From an uncultured cyanobacterium (lineage in GTDB: Bacteria; Cyanobacteriota; Cyanobacteriia; Cyanobacteriales; Nostocaceae), in contig OY970166.1 in assembly GCA_963706595.1 (NCBI GenBank), positions 3,360,001-3,424,000 on the forward strand: 64,000 nt of DNA, read 5' to 3'. The position numbers were made by a program, and so were the translations under genes. Below the pieces are notes generated by a model. It saw nothing but the letters and a program-made list of their open reading frames with translations. It ran no database searches and was not told the origin of the DNA. Below are positions 32,009 to 42,312 of the stretch, in pieces. Every line of letters starts with the position of its first letter. Position 1 is the stretch's first letter.

Positions 32009-32180
32009 TCTACTCCCCACTCCCCAGAAGAAGCAGGGGGTACTGGTGCAGGGAGCAAGGGGGAGTTAGAAATACAAATTACTTTAAAGTTAGTTCTTTA
32101 CTTAACAACCGTTCCTCTTCTCCCCTGCCCCCTGCCCCCTGCACCCGTTCCTCTTCTCCCCACTCCCCACTCCCTACTCA
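32009..32180. repeat. Composite STRR cluster
   Basis: CTCCCCA and CCCCTGC/GCAGGGG heptamers in inverted arrangement. Confidence 0.7.
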
Positions 32181-32182
32181 TC

Positions 32183-32389
32183 TCAACCGTAACTTGTCAG
32201 ACCCCGTAGAATATAGCCAATAATCAGACCAATCAACAGCGCCCACACTTGACCTGTGAGGACAAAGTTATTCCAAGTTTGTTGCATTTGACCTAAAAGG
32301 TCTGGATCGGTAATGTTTTGAGCTAACATGGTCAGATTTACTGGCAGTTGCCAAATTAACTGAGATATTACACCACTGAAGTAGTTCAT
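32183..32389 (-). CDS. Small membrane hypothetical protein
   Basis: 68 aa with C-terminal TM helix GQVWALLIGLIIGY; co-oriented with larB and argH. Confidence 0.7.
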   Translation of the reverse strand: MNYFSGVISQLIWQLPVNLTMLAQNITDPDLLGQMQQTWNNFVLTGQVWALLIGLIIGYILRGLTSYG

Positions 32390-32502
32390 AGCTTGGTAAT
32401 TTATAAGTTATGGACAGCAATTATTTGTAGCCAGTTGTTTGTTTTTGCCCAATCAACACTGACTACGGATTTAAATCCTCAGTATAACTTACGTGTAACC
32501 AT

Positions 32503-33291
32503 TCAAGATCCTGAAGATGCCATCCGTAATTTCTCGGCTGTTCGCAAAATTTGCCCTGCCAGAACAGCAGCACCAAACCCATTATCAATATTTACTACAC
32601 CTATTCCAGATGCACAGGAGTTGAGCATTGTCAAGAGGGGAGCTAAACCGCTAAAACTTGCGCCATAACCGATGCTGGTAGGAACAGCAATCACCGGACA
32701 ATCTGCCAAACCTGCCACAACGCTGGGCAAAGCGCCTTCCATTCCTGCCACAACGATGAGAACTGATGATGATGAAATCAGATGGCGATTATTGAGCAAG
32801 CGGTGAATCCCCGCAACACCCACATCCCAAAGACGCTGTACACGAAAGCCCGAAAGTTCTGCTGTGACAGCCGCCTCTTCAGCTACAGCTAAGTCAGCAG
32901 TGCCGGCGGAGAGAATACCAATTAACCCCTCGATTTTGGGTTCGATGATCGGGGGAGTAATCGCACAAATGCGCGCCAATTCGTAATACTGCAAATCTAT
33001 AATTTTTGCTTGCAGTGCAGTATAAACTGCTGGTTCAATGCGGGTCGCCATGACCACCGAATTACGCCGGCGCATCACTCCCATAATTTGAGCAATCTGT
33101 TCGGGAGTTTTACCAGGTCCCCAAATTACTTCCGGAAAACCAGTTCTGAGTTCGCGATGGTGGTCAATTTTGGCAAACTCACCCACAGATTCATAGGCTA
33201 AATCTTTTAGTGAATCTAACGCCATATCTGGGGTAACTTTACCATTGGCAACTGCTTCGAGGAGCGATCGCAAATTTTCAGGTTGAGTCAC
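32503..33291 (-). CDS. larB: LarB/CpmA family (PurE-like) protein
   Basis: DHHRELRTGFPEVIW, AGTADLAVAEEA, AGMEGALPSVV, VVNIDNGFGAA. Confidence 0.9.
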   Translation of the reverse strand: MTQPENLRSLLEAVANGKVTPDMALDSLKDLAYESVGEFAKIDHHRELRTGFPEVIWGPGKTPEQIAQIMGVMRRRNSVVMATRIEPAVYTALQAKIIDLQYYELARICAITPPIIEPKIEGLIGILSAGTADLAVAEEAAVTAELSGFRVQRLWDVGVAGIHRLLNNRHLISSSSVLIVVAGMEGALPSVVAGLADCPVIAVPTSIGYGASFSGLAPLLTMLNSCASGIGVVNIDNGFGAAVLAGQILRTAEKLRMASSGS

Positions 33292-33368
33292 AATAATTTT
33301 AGATGGGGGGATGAAGAGAATAAGGGCAACGCATAAGTAATAAATAACACCAAGTATTTTATACTCAT

Positions 33369-35159
33369 TTACTCAATAACTTTGATTTCATGAATATTCC
33401 AGAATGGCCCTCCTAAAACCGAGTATTTAATATTGTAAAATTTATTACGCACTGCTGACAACGAGTAAGGATTAACCAAGTAAATAAATGGTAAATTCTC
33501 CTGGGTAATCTTCTGCGTTTCGGCATAAATTTCTTTGCGTTTAGCTTCGTCTAATTCCCTAGCGGCTTGGATATAAAGTTCGCCAATTCTGGCCTCCCAA
33601 GGTGCGACTTCCCAGCCTTCTATGGGCTTTTGTCCCGCTTGGGGTTTTTGATTAAACATATGTAATCCACCTTCAGGGTTCCAGACGTTAGCCCCATTAT
33701 TCGGTTCTAAACCACCACTCAATCCTAGTAAAGAAGCATCCCAGTCAAGAGTATTGGCTAACTTATCTGTATAAGTATTCCATGCCAACGGCGTGAAATC
33801 GACTTGCATCCCAATTTTGCCTAAATCTTGTCCAATTTGCGCCCCCATTGCTTCGCGGATTCTATTTCCGGAATTCGTCAGTAAAGTAAAGCGAACGCGG
33901 TTCCCTTCGGCATCTAATAGCTGCTCTTGGGCATTATATTTAAATCCAGCTTTTTTGAGCAATGCCTTGGATTTTTCAGGATTATAATCATAGGTTTTTA
34001 GTCCTTCTTCAGCCGAAATATAAAAGGGACTCTGGATGGTCAGAGGTGAATTTTGAGTTTGACCCAAGCCACGAAAAGTATTATTAATCATGGTTTGGCG
34101 GTCAATACCATAAGCTACAGCCTGCCGAAATTCTACTGTATTGAACCAACGTGATTTTATGGGATCTACTAGCGGTTTGCCATCTCTTCTACCTTTGTTG
34201 AGATTAAATAAAACAAATGATGTCACGGTAGTGGGACCGCCATTGTAGATTGTGAAGTTACCCTGTTTTTCTTGCTTTTTAAGCAAAGAAAAGTAATCTG
34301 GTGTGACTGCTATAGAATCCAAACTACCAGAACGAAATTGCAACAGTGAAGTATCTGTGGATTCGACAATTGACCATACTATCCGTTCAATATAAGGTTG
34401 AGATTCTCCTTGTGATCCTTTACGCCAATAGTAGGGGTTGCGCTGGAGAATTACGCGTTGACTGGTGTCATAACGCTCTAATTTGTAAGGGCCATTGACG
34501 ATAATTTGCTCCACTGGAGTATCAACGCCCCACTTGGTGAGAAATAGGGGCTTACCTTCTTGGTCTTTTGTTTTGATAGATTCTGCAAGGACATGGGCAG
34601 GTAAAATTGGTAGTCCTAGAATTTGTAAAAATGGTGCAAATGGTTCTGGAGTCGTAAATTTAACCCGCCGAGTATCGATTTTTTGGACATTAGGTAATGC
34701 CCGACTTTCACCAATCCGCAAAACGTCTCTAGTATCTGTGGGAATTTCTTCGTTCAGGTAAATCTCGTTATAAGTAAAAACTACATCCTCTACTGTTAAT
34801 GGTTGACCGTCAGACCATTTCAAACCTTCTCTGAGAGTAAAAATAAATCCCAAGTTATCATCGGTATTTTCCCATGATTCTGCTAAGTTTGGCTCTATTT
34901 CACCAGTTATCGGGTTTTGGGTGGTTAATCCCTCGTAAGTCAATCCCAGCAGACTTGATGTTGATGAATCTTGATTGAGAGGATAATTAAAGGTTTGGGG
35001 GTCACTCAGAATACTGTTTACTAACTGTGGTACTTGAGCCGCTGTACTTTTAAAATTAGATGGGTTACAAGCCGCAACTGTCATGGCGACTAATGAGGCT
35101 AGAATTATTGGGAACCAAAAACGTTTAATTTGATTAGAGATTTTTTTAGTTAATATCAT
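33369..35159 (-). CDS. Peptide/nickel ABC transporter substrate-binding lipoprotein (family 5)
   Basis: VAAC lipobox, SDPQTFN, LKWSDGQPLTVEDVVFT, NGPYKL. Confidence 0.92.
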   Translation of the reverse strand: MILTKKISNQIKRFWFPIILASLVAMTVAACNPSNFKSTAAQVPQLVNSILSDPQTFNYPLNQDSSTSSLLGLTYEGLTTQNPITGEIEPNLAESWENTDDNLGFIFTLREGLKWSDGQPLTVEDVVFTYNEIYLNEEIPTDTRDVLRIGESRALPNVQKIDTRRVKFTTPEPFAPFLQILGLPILPAHVLAESIKTKDQEGKPLFLTKWGVDTPVEQIIVNGPYKLERYDTSQRVILQRNPYYWRKGSQGESQPYIERIVWSIVESTDTSLLQFRSGSLDSIAVTPDYFSLLKKQEKQGNFTIYNGGPTTVTSFVLFNLNKGRRDGKPLVDPIKSRWFNTVEFRQAVAYGIDRQTMINNTFRGLGQTQNSPLTIQSPFYISAEEGLKTYDYNPEKSKALLKKAGFKYNAQEQLLDAEGNRVRFTLLTNSGNRIREAMGAQIGQDLGKIGMQVDFTPLAWNTYTDKLANTLDWDASLLGLSGGLEPNNGANVWNPEGGLHMFNQKPQAGQKPIEGWEVAPWEARIGELYIQAARELDEAKRKEIYAETQKITQENLPFIYLVNPYSLSAVRNKFYNIKYSVLGGPFWNIHEIKVIE

Positions 35160-35362
35160 AATTTCTCGTTTAGTTTGATGACGTAGAAGTAAACCAGTCA
35201 AGAAAATGCTGTGTCATAGTAAAATATCTAATTCCAGCTTGACGTAAAGCCTCTCTTACTTGAGGTGGATCAAAAAAATCCTTAGTGTTATTAGTAATAA
35301 ATACTTTCTCATATCTACAGTTACTGGCATTTTATCACTTATATTTAGTTGATAATAAATGA

Positions 35363-35833
35363 TTATTTGTAATAATCATTTTGCGAATAAGTATCTCCTT
35401 CTTGTATCATATCTAACAACCCAATTGTTGCTAACTCTTCTGACGCTAGTGGTTTTACTGATTTCCAGTGATAGGCTAGATCCCGTAACCAAGCTTCTAA
35501 AAGCGTTATCAAATATAACTCAAATATTTTTTTTACAGGAAATTCTTCATCATAATACTTTAATATATCGACAGTTTTTAATGAAAGAATTTTTTCAAAG
35601 TCATTTTCATTATTTACTTTAAAAATTTCGATTTCTTCTAAATCTGCTAACATAGCAAAAGCATTATTTGCTTGTAGCGTATTCAAGGAGAGTTTTAATT
35701 GTGCAATAGACCTATAATTAGTTTGATGTTTTTGAGCTTTGGCTTCAACTATTAAGACAATTTCACCATGTTTGTCTGTGGCAATAATATCCACTTCCTT
35801 GTGACGAATTGGCAATTTTACAGCTTCCATCAT
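35363..35833 (-). CDS. Hypothetical protein with PD-(D/E)xK-like motif
   Basis: EVDIIA...LIVEAKA; AT-rich. Confidence 0.65.
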   Translation of the reverse strand: MMEAVKLPIRHKEVDIIATDKHGEIVLIVEAKAQKHQTNYRSIAQLKLSLNTLQANNAFAMLADLEEIEIFKVNNENDFEKILSLKTVDILKYYDEEFPVKKIFELYLITLLEAWLRDLAYHWKSVKPLASEELATIGLLDMIQEGDTYSQNDYYK

Positions 35834-35869
35834 CTTAATTATCCCAGCTAATTGAGTATGTTGACTTTA

Positions 35870-36041
35870 GAGGTTGTTTGAAAAGTCTAATTTATTACAG
35901 CCCTGGCGACTAGAAGTCGCGGCTATACAAACGAAACCCGCCTGCGCGGGTTAAAAATACCATTTTTTCATTAGTCCACGGAGGTGGACTTTGCCTGTGT
36001 AGTAGCGAATTATATTCGCCCAAAACTTTTCAAACATCCTC
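35870..36041. mobile_element. MITE, 172 bp, with TTA target duplication and an internal REP doublet
   Basis: TTA|GAGGTTGTTTGAAAAGT...ACTTTTCAAACATCCTC|TTA (16/17 complementary). Confidence 0.8.
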
Positions 36042-36075
36042 TTAGACCTGAGTTTAGTTATATGGTAACAATTTA

Positions 36076-36558
36076 CTAATTATTAGCTACTAATAAAATC
36101 ACAGAGTAAGCACATATACCTTCTTCTCTGCCAACAGGGCCTAATTTTTCGTTAGTGGTAGCTTTGATACCAATTTGATTTGGTGGTAATTCTAAAACAG
36201 TCGCTAATTTATTACGCATTTTTTCGATATACGGTTTCAATTTAGGACGTTCTGCTACTACTACTGTGTCAATATTGCCTATCTGCCAACCTTGATCCTT
36301 AATCAGCTGATGTACTTGAGTTAATAGCACTAAGCTATCGGCCCCTGCCCATTGAGGATCAGTAGGGGGAAAATAATGACCAATATCCCCCAGGGATAAT
36401 GCCCCCAACATGGCATCCATAATGGCGTGAGTTAGCACATCAGCGTCACTATGTCCCAATAAACCCAATTCGTGAGGAATTTGGATTCCTCCTAAAATTA
36501 AAGGGCGATCGCTCACTAATCTGTGGATGTCGTAGCCGTTACCAATCCGAATATTCAT
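36076..36558 (-). CDS. ispF: 2-C-methyl-D-erythritol 2,4-cyclodiphosphate synthase
   Basis: [26 protein letters not shown]. Confidence 0.97.
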   Translation of the reverse strand: MNIRIGNGYDIHRLVSDRPLILGGIQIPHELGLLGHSDADVLTHAIMDAMLGALSLGDIGHYFPPTDPQWAGADSLVLLTQVHQLIKDQGWQIGNIDTVVVAERPKLKPYIEKMRNKLATVLELPPNQIGIKATTNEKLGPVGREEGICAYSVILLVANN

Positions 36559-36559
36559 A

Positions 36560-37363
<804 letters not shown>

Positions 37364-37972
37364 AGTAATTCGTATTCGAGAACACTAATCTTAAATTTGA
37401 ATCTCTAGCCAACACAATCAGTCAATGTAGGATAGAACTACAGATAAGTTTAATCAATAGTGACTAAAAGTACCAGAACTATTGATTTTAGGTAGGATAA
37501 AAAGTTTTTCTAATTACTTAATTTGTGTTTAAATATTGTCACAAGTACATTTAAATTAATAATCTGACTAAGTTAACAACTTCCAGTATGCATGGGACTA
37601 ACCTCAAAAAAAGCGTGTTAAGACCTGCTGTCCCCCAATACCAGAGGTAAAACGGACATTTTTTCAATGGGGGAAACCCCGGAACCAAGTGTCAACTCTA
37701 GTATCCCAAGCATGATTTTGCCAGTCTGGAAAAAGTCTACAGGTGAACAACAAGGAACCCTGGCTTTGAGGAACAGCAACGGACGCATGAATATTGAGGC
37801 TTCTCCTGACGGGGACGCTGCGAGAACATGTAGATCAGGCGGGAATTTAAATTGGCAACTTACCCCGATCCTAACTCCAGACAGGTTTCCTCTCAAAAAA
37901 GCAAAGTGCAAAAATCATCAGGCTCCTAAAACCTTGTTAAATTCACCTGAAGTTGTTGACAGGAGAAACATA

Positions 37973-38836
37973 ATGCCGCAATTAAAAGCTAAATCGCTGG
38001 AAATGAGGACACCCCAAGCAACTAAAACCGCCGTTCTAGTTATCGGAGGCGCAGAAGATAAAGTTCATGGACGCGATATCCTTAGAACTTTTGTTGGCCG
38101 TGCTGGCGCTAGTAAGGCCTATATTACAATTATTCCATCGGCTTCTCGCGAACCAGCTATCATCGGTAGTAGGTATATTCGCCTGTTTGAAGAAATGGGT
38201 GCCGAAAAAGTCGAGATTTTAGACATTCGCGAACGGGAACAGTGCGAAACTCCGCAAGTCAAAGAATCTTTGGAAGCCTGTAGTGGAGTATTTCTCACCG
38301 GAGGCGACCAATTACGTCTTTGCGGGGTACTGTCAGATACGCCAGCGATGGAAATTATCCGACAACGGGTGCGCGCCGGACAGTTGACCCTAGCAGGCAC
38401 TAGTGCAGGGGCGGCTGTGATGGGGCATCACATGATTGCTGGCGGTGGTAGTGGTGAAACTCCAAATCGTTCTTTGGTCGATATGGCAACGGGTTTGGGT
38501 TTTATTCCGGAAGTGATTGTTGACCAGCATTTTCACAATCGGAATCGCATGGGTCGCCTAATTAGTGCGATCGCAGCTCATCCCGACCGTTTAGGTATTG
38601 GCATTGATGAAGATACCTGTGCTGTATTTGAACGTGATGGTTGGCTACAAGTTGTGGGTAAAGGCAGTGTCACTATTGTCGATCCCACCGAAGTTACCCA
38701 TACAAATGAACCTCATGTCGGTGCTAACGAACCTCTAACTGTGCATAATTTACGACTGCACATCCTCAGCTATGGCGATCGCTTTCACCTCTACCAGCGG
38801 ACTGTATTGCCTGCTGTGCATCGCATCTCCAACTGA
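37973..38836 (+). CDS. cphB: Cyanophycinase
   Basis: IGGAEDK, TGGDQ, GTSAGAA, DQHF; AGGAG SD; upstream of cphA. Confidence 0.95.
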   Translation: MPQLKAKSLEMRTPQATKTAVLVIGGAEDKVHGRDILRTFVGRAGASKAYITIIPSASREPAIIGSRYIRLFEEMGAEKVEILDIREREQCETPQVKESLEACSGVFLTGGDQLRLCGVLSDTPAMEIIRQRVRAGQLTLAGTSAGAAVMGHHMIAGGGSGETPNRSLVDMATGLGFIPEVIVDQHFHNRNRMGRLISAIAAHPDRLGIGIDEDTCAVFERDGWLQVVGKGSVTIVDPTEVTHTNEPHVGANEPLTVHNLRLHILSYGDRFHLYQRTVLPAVHRISN

Positions 38837-38845
38837 GGAGATAAA

Positions 38846-38859
38846 GTATCCCAAGTTAC
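38846..38859. promoter_or_regulatory. NtcA-binding site upstream of cphA
   Basis: GTA-TCCCAAGT-TAC, a perfect GTA-N8-TAC in the cphB-cphA spacer. Confidence 0.7.
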
Positions 38860-39008
38860 TCTGTATTGATCGCTGACTTGGTTTCTGGCTGTAAAAAAAT
38901 CGTAAGGATACCATGAAAAAAGAAAAAACTGTTCTTCATAAACAGTTTAGCGGTCAATTTCAGTAAGAAACTAGAATTTTGGTTCCGAATCTCCATCTAC
39001 CTATTCCC

Positions 39009-41711
39009 ATGAGAATCCTCAAGATCCAGACCTTACGCGGCCCAAACTACTGGAGCATTCGACGCCACAAGCTAATCGTCATGCGCCTTGATTTAGAAAC
39101 CCTTGCCGAGATGCCCTCGAATGAAATCCCTGGCTTTTATGAAGGATTAGTAGAGGCGCTGCCAAGTCTGGAGGGTCACTATTGCTCGCCTGGCTGTCGC
39201 GGTGGTTTTCTGATGCGGGTCAAAGAAGGCACAATGATGGGCCATATTGTGGAACACGTAGCCTTAGAACTCCAGGAATTAGCCGGAATGCATGTCGGCT
39301 TTGGGCGCACCCGTGAAACTGCCACACCTGGAATTTTCCAGGTAGTGATGGAATACCTGAATGAGGAAGCGGGACGCTACGCTGGACGAGCAGCTGTGCG
39401 GCTGTGCCAAAGTATCGTTGATAGGGGTCGTTATCCAAAAGCCGAACTCGAGCAAGACATCCTCGACCTCAAAGACTTATACCGTGAATCTTCTTTAGGT
39501 CCTTCCACAGAAGCAATTGTCAAAGAAGCTGAAAAAAGGGGTATCCCCTGGACACAGTTGAGCGCGCGCTTTTTGATTCAGATGGGTTACGGCGTGAATC
39601 AGAAGCGGATGCAGGCCACAATGACCAACAACACCGGAATTTTGGGTGTGGAACTAGCTTGCGACAAAGAAGCTACTAAACGCATTCTCGCGGCGGCTGG
39701 CGCTCCAGTCCCCAGAGGTACGGTGATTAACTTTTTAGATGACCTAGAAGAAGCCATTGAATATGTTGGCGGCTATCCCATCGTCATCAAACCAACAGAT
39801 GGTAATCATGGACGTGGTATCACCATTGATATTAGAACCTGGGATGAAGCTGAGGCAGGCTACGAGGCGGCTAGACTTGTTTCTCGGTCAATTATTATTG
39901 AGCGCTATTACGTTGGGCGCGATCATCGGGTACTAGTTGTAGACGGCAAAGTTGTAGCAGTAGCCGAACGCGTGCCAGCTCACGTAGTTGGTAATGGCAG
40001 ATCCAGCATTGCCGACCTAGTTGAAGAAACCAACCAAGACCCCAATCGCGGTGACGGTCATGATAAAATCCTCACCAAAATTGAACTAGACCGCAACAGC
40101 TACCAACTGTTAGAAAGACAAGGTTTCACCATTAATAGCGTACCACCCAAAGGAGTAATTTGTTACCTACGTGCAACAGCTAATTTAAGTACGGGCGGCA
40201 GTGCTATAGATCGGACTGATGAAATCCACCCGGAAAATATTTGGCTGGCACAAAGAATAGTCAAAATTATTGGTTTGGATATCGCGGGACTGGATATTGT
40301 CACTACAGATATCAGTCGTCCTCTGAGAGAAATGGATGCGGTGATTGTGGAAGTGAACGCTGCCCCTGGCTTCAGGATGCACGTTGCCCCAAGTATTGGC
40401 ACTCCCCGCAACGTTGCCGGAGCAGTAATGGATATGCTGTTTCCCAACCAACAATCCGGACTCATTCCCATCTTGAGTGTCACCGGTACTAATGGTAAAA
40501 CCACTACCACTCGATTATTAGCACATATCTACAAACAAACAGGTAAAGTAGTAGGATATACAACTACAGATGGAACTTACATCGGTGAATACTTAGTTGA
40601 ATCTGGAGATAATACAGGGCCGCAAAGCGCTCATGTAATTCTGGAAGACCCAACTGTAGAAGTTGCGGTGCTGGAAACGGCTCGTGGTGGTATTCTCCGG
40701 TCTGGGCTAGGGTTTGAAAATGCCAATGTCGGTGTTGTATTGAATGTAGCTGCTGATCATCTGGGCATAGGCGATATCGATACTATCGATCAGTTAGCTA
40801 ACCTGAAGAGTGTGGTCGCAGAAGCTGTCTTTCCTGATGGCTACGCAGTCCTGAACGCTGATGACCACCGCGTTGCGGCGATGGCAGAAAGAACAAAAGC
40901 TAATATTGCCTACTTCACAATGAATCCTGATTCGGAATTAGTGCGGAAGCACGTTCAAAAGGGAGGAGTCGCGGCAGTTTACGAAAATGGCTATCTGTCA
41001 ATTGTCAAAGGTGATTGGACGCATCGCATCGAAAGAGCAGAAAATATTCCCTTGACGATGGGTGGACGTGCGCCGTTTATGATTGCCAATGCTTTAGCAG
41101 CTAGTTTGGCAGCTTTTGTCCAAAACGTCACCATTGAAGAGATTCGGGCTGGCTTGAAGACCTTCCGGGCTTCGGTAAGTCAAACGCCAGGACGGATGAA
41201 TTTATTTAATTTAGGGAAATACCACGCTTTAGTAGACTATGCTCACAATCCAGCTAGTTACGAAGCTTTGGGTTCCTTTGTGCGGAATTGGACTACAGGA
41301 GAGCGCATAGGCGTAGTTGGTGGACCAGGCGATCGCCGTGATGAAGATTTTGTTACCTTGGGTAAATTGTCAGCAGATATTTTTGACCACATCATTGTCA
41401 AAGAAGATGATGACACCAGGGGACGGTCACGGGGATCAGCTGCGGATTTGATTAGTAAAGGCATCAGCGAAGTTAATCCAAATTGTCGTTATGAGTCGAT
41501 TTTGGATGAAACCGCCGCGATTAATAAAGCTTTAGATATGGCTCCCGATAACAGTCTGGTGGTAATTTTGCCAGAAAGTGTGAATCGAGCGATCAAGTTA
41601 ATCAAGTTGCGCGGTTTAGTAATCGAGGAGGTACAGCCACAAAATACCTCCACCACAATCGTAGACAGCCCAAACGGGGTGACATCTTCTGTGATCAATA
41701 CCTTGCTTTAG
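39009..41711 (+). CDS. cphA: Cyanophycin synthetase
   Basis: MRILKIQTLRGPNYWS, ATP-grasp EVNAAPGFRMH, Mur-ligase VTGTNGKTT, DYAHNP. Confidence 0.97.
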   Translation: MRILKIQTLRGPNYWSIRRHKLIVMRLDLETLAEMPSNEIPGFYEGLVEALPSLEGHYCSPGCRGGFLMRVKEGTMMGHIVEHVALELQELAGMHVGFGRTRETATPGIFQVVMEYLNEEAGRYAGRAAVRLCQSIVDRGRYPKAELEQDILDLKDLYRESSLGPSTEAIVKEAEKRGIPWTQLSARFLIQMGYGVNQKRMQATMTNNTGILGVELACDKEATKRILAAAGAPVPRGTVINFLDDLEEAIEYVGGYPIVIKPTDGNHGRGITIDIRTWDEAEAGYEAARLVSRSIIIERYYVGRDHRVLVVDGKVVAVAERVPAHVVGNGRSSIADLVEETNQDPNRGDGHDKILTKIELDRNSYQLLERQGFTINSVPPKGVICYLRATANLSTGGSAIDRTDEIHPENIWLAQRIVKIIGLDIAGLDIVTTDISRPLREMDAVIVEVNAAPGFRMHVAPSIGTPRNVAGAVMDMLFPNQQSGLIPILSVTGTNGKTTTTRLLAHIYKQTGKVVGYTTTDGTYIGEYLVESGDNTGPQSAHVILEDPTVEVAVLETARGGILRSGLGFENANVGVVLNVAADHLGIGDIDTIDQLANLKSVVAEAVFPDGYAVLNADDHRVAAMAERTKANIAYFTMNPDSELVRKHVQKGGVAAVYENGYLSIVKGDWTHRIERAENIPLTMGGRAPFMIANALAASLAAFVQNVTIEEIRAGLKTFRASVSQTPGRMNLFNLGKYHALVDYAHNPASYEALGSFVRNWTTGERIGVVGGPGDRRDEDFVTLGKLSADIFDHIIVKEDDDTRGRSRGSAADLISKGISEVNPNCRYESILDETAAINKALDMAPDNSLVVILPESVNRAIKLIKLRGLVIEEVQPQNTSTTIVDSPNGVTSSVINTLL

Positions 41712-41718
41712 TCACACA

Positions 41719-41745
41719 GTAGAGACGCGATTAACCCGTCTCTAC
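41719..41745. repeat. GTAGAGACG-type REP-like hairpin
   Basis: GTAGAGACG-cgattaacc-CGTCTCTAC; relatives at about 49662 and 61796. Confidence 0.75.
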
Positions 41746-41751
41746 CATTGG

Positions 41752-41928
41752 CTATTGTTGTTCTTTTTCAGCAGTGGTCTCATGATCATCATGAGAGTTC
41801 AATTCTTCTTTAAAACCTCGTAAGGTTTTACCCAGGGCATTTCCCAATTCTGGAATTTTTTTCGGGCCAAAAATCACAACGGCGACTATGGCAATGATGA
41901 CTACTTCCGGCAATCCCAGTCCAAACAT
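41752..41928 (-). CDS. tatA: Twin-arginine translocase TatA/E, 58 aa (absent from ORF track)
   Basis: MFGLGLPEVVIIAIVAVVIFGPKKIPELGNALGKTLRGFKEELN...EQQ*. Confidence 0.92.
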   Translation of the reverse strand: MFGLGLPEVVIIAIVAVVIFGPKKIPELGNALGKTLRGFKEELNSHDDHETTAEKEQQ

Positions 41929-42290
41929 AATGACATATAAGGCACAATTAGCTGGTATTGAGGTAGTTGTGACTGAAGAAAGTTATACCTCAAAAGCTAG
42001 TGCATTAGATGGCGACAAGTTGCCTGTTTACTTTTCTAAGTGTGATATCAAGCCTGTATTTAGTGGTCAACGTGTTCAGCGTGGTTTATACAGAACTTCC
42101 ACTGGCAGAATAATCAATGCTGATACCAATGGAAGTCTGAATATAGCCAGAAAAGTAATCCCAAACTTTATGGATGGGATAGTGGCACTGCCGTTTGTGC
42201 CTGTGGTTTTAGGACTTTGGACTAAAACTACAAACGTATCTGTCTAGACTTGGTAACTTTTGGGTAACTTTGTCCAGATTTTTATGAGCG
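41929..42290 (+). pseudogene. tnpB: 5'-truncated tnpB remnant (IS200/IS605/IS607 type), probably retaining the right end
   Basis: TYKAQLAGIEVVVTEESYTSKAS...FSGQRVQRGLY...INADTNGSLNIARK (RuvC-III); stop at 42247; right boundary approximate. Confidence 0.85.
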
Positions 42291-42312
42291 GTACATAAAT
42301 ATTAACGTAGCA

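Noticed and set aside
37427..37441. NtcA site upstream of cphB
   Set aside because: GTA-N9-TAC spacing, not the canonical N8.
41888..42247. ORF-track 119-aa protein as an intact gene
   Set aside because: The first 14 codons are antisense tatA; the rest is a TnpB fragment lacking RuvC-I and the N-terminal domains.
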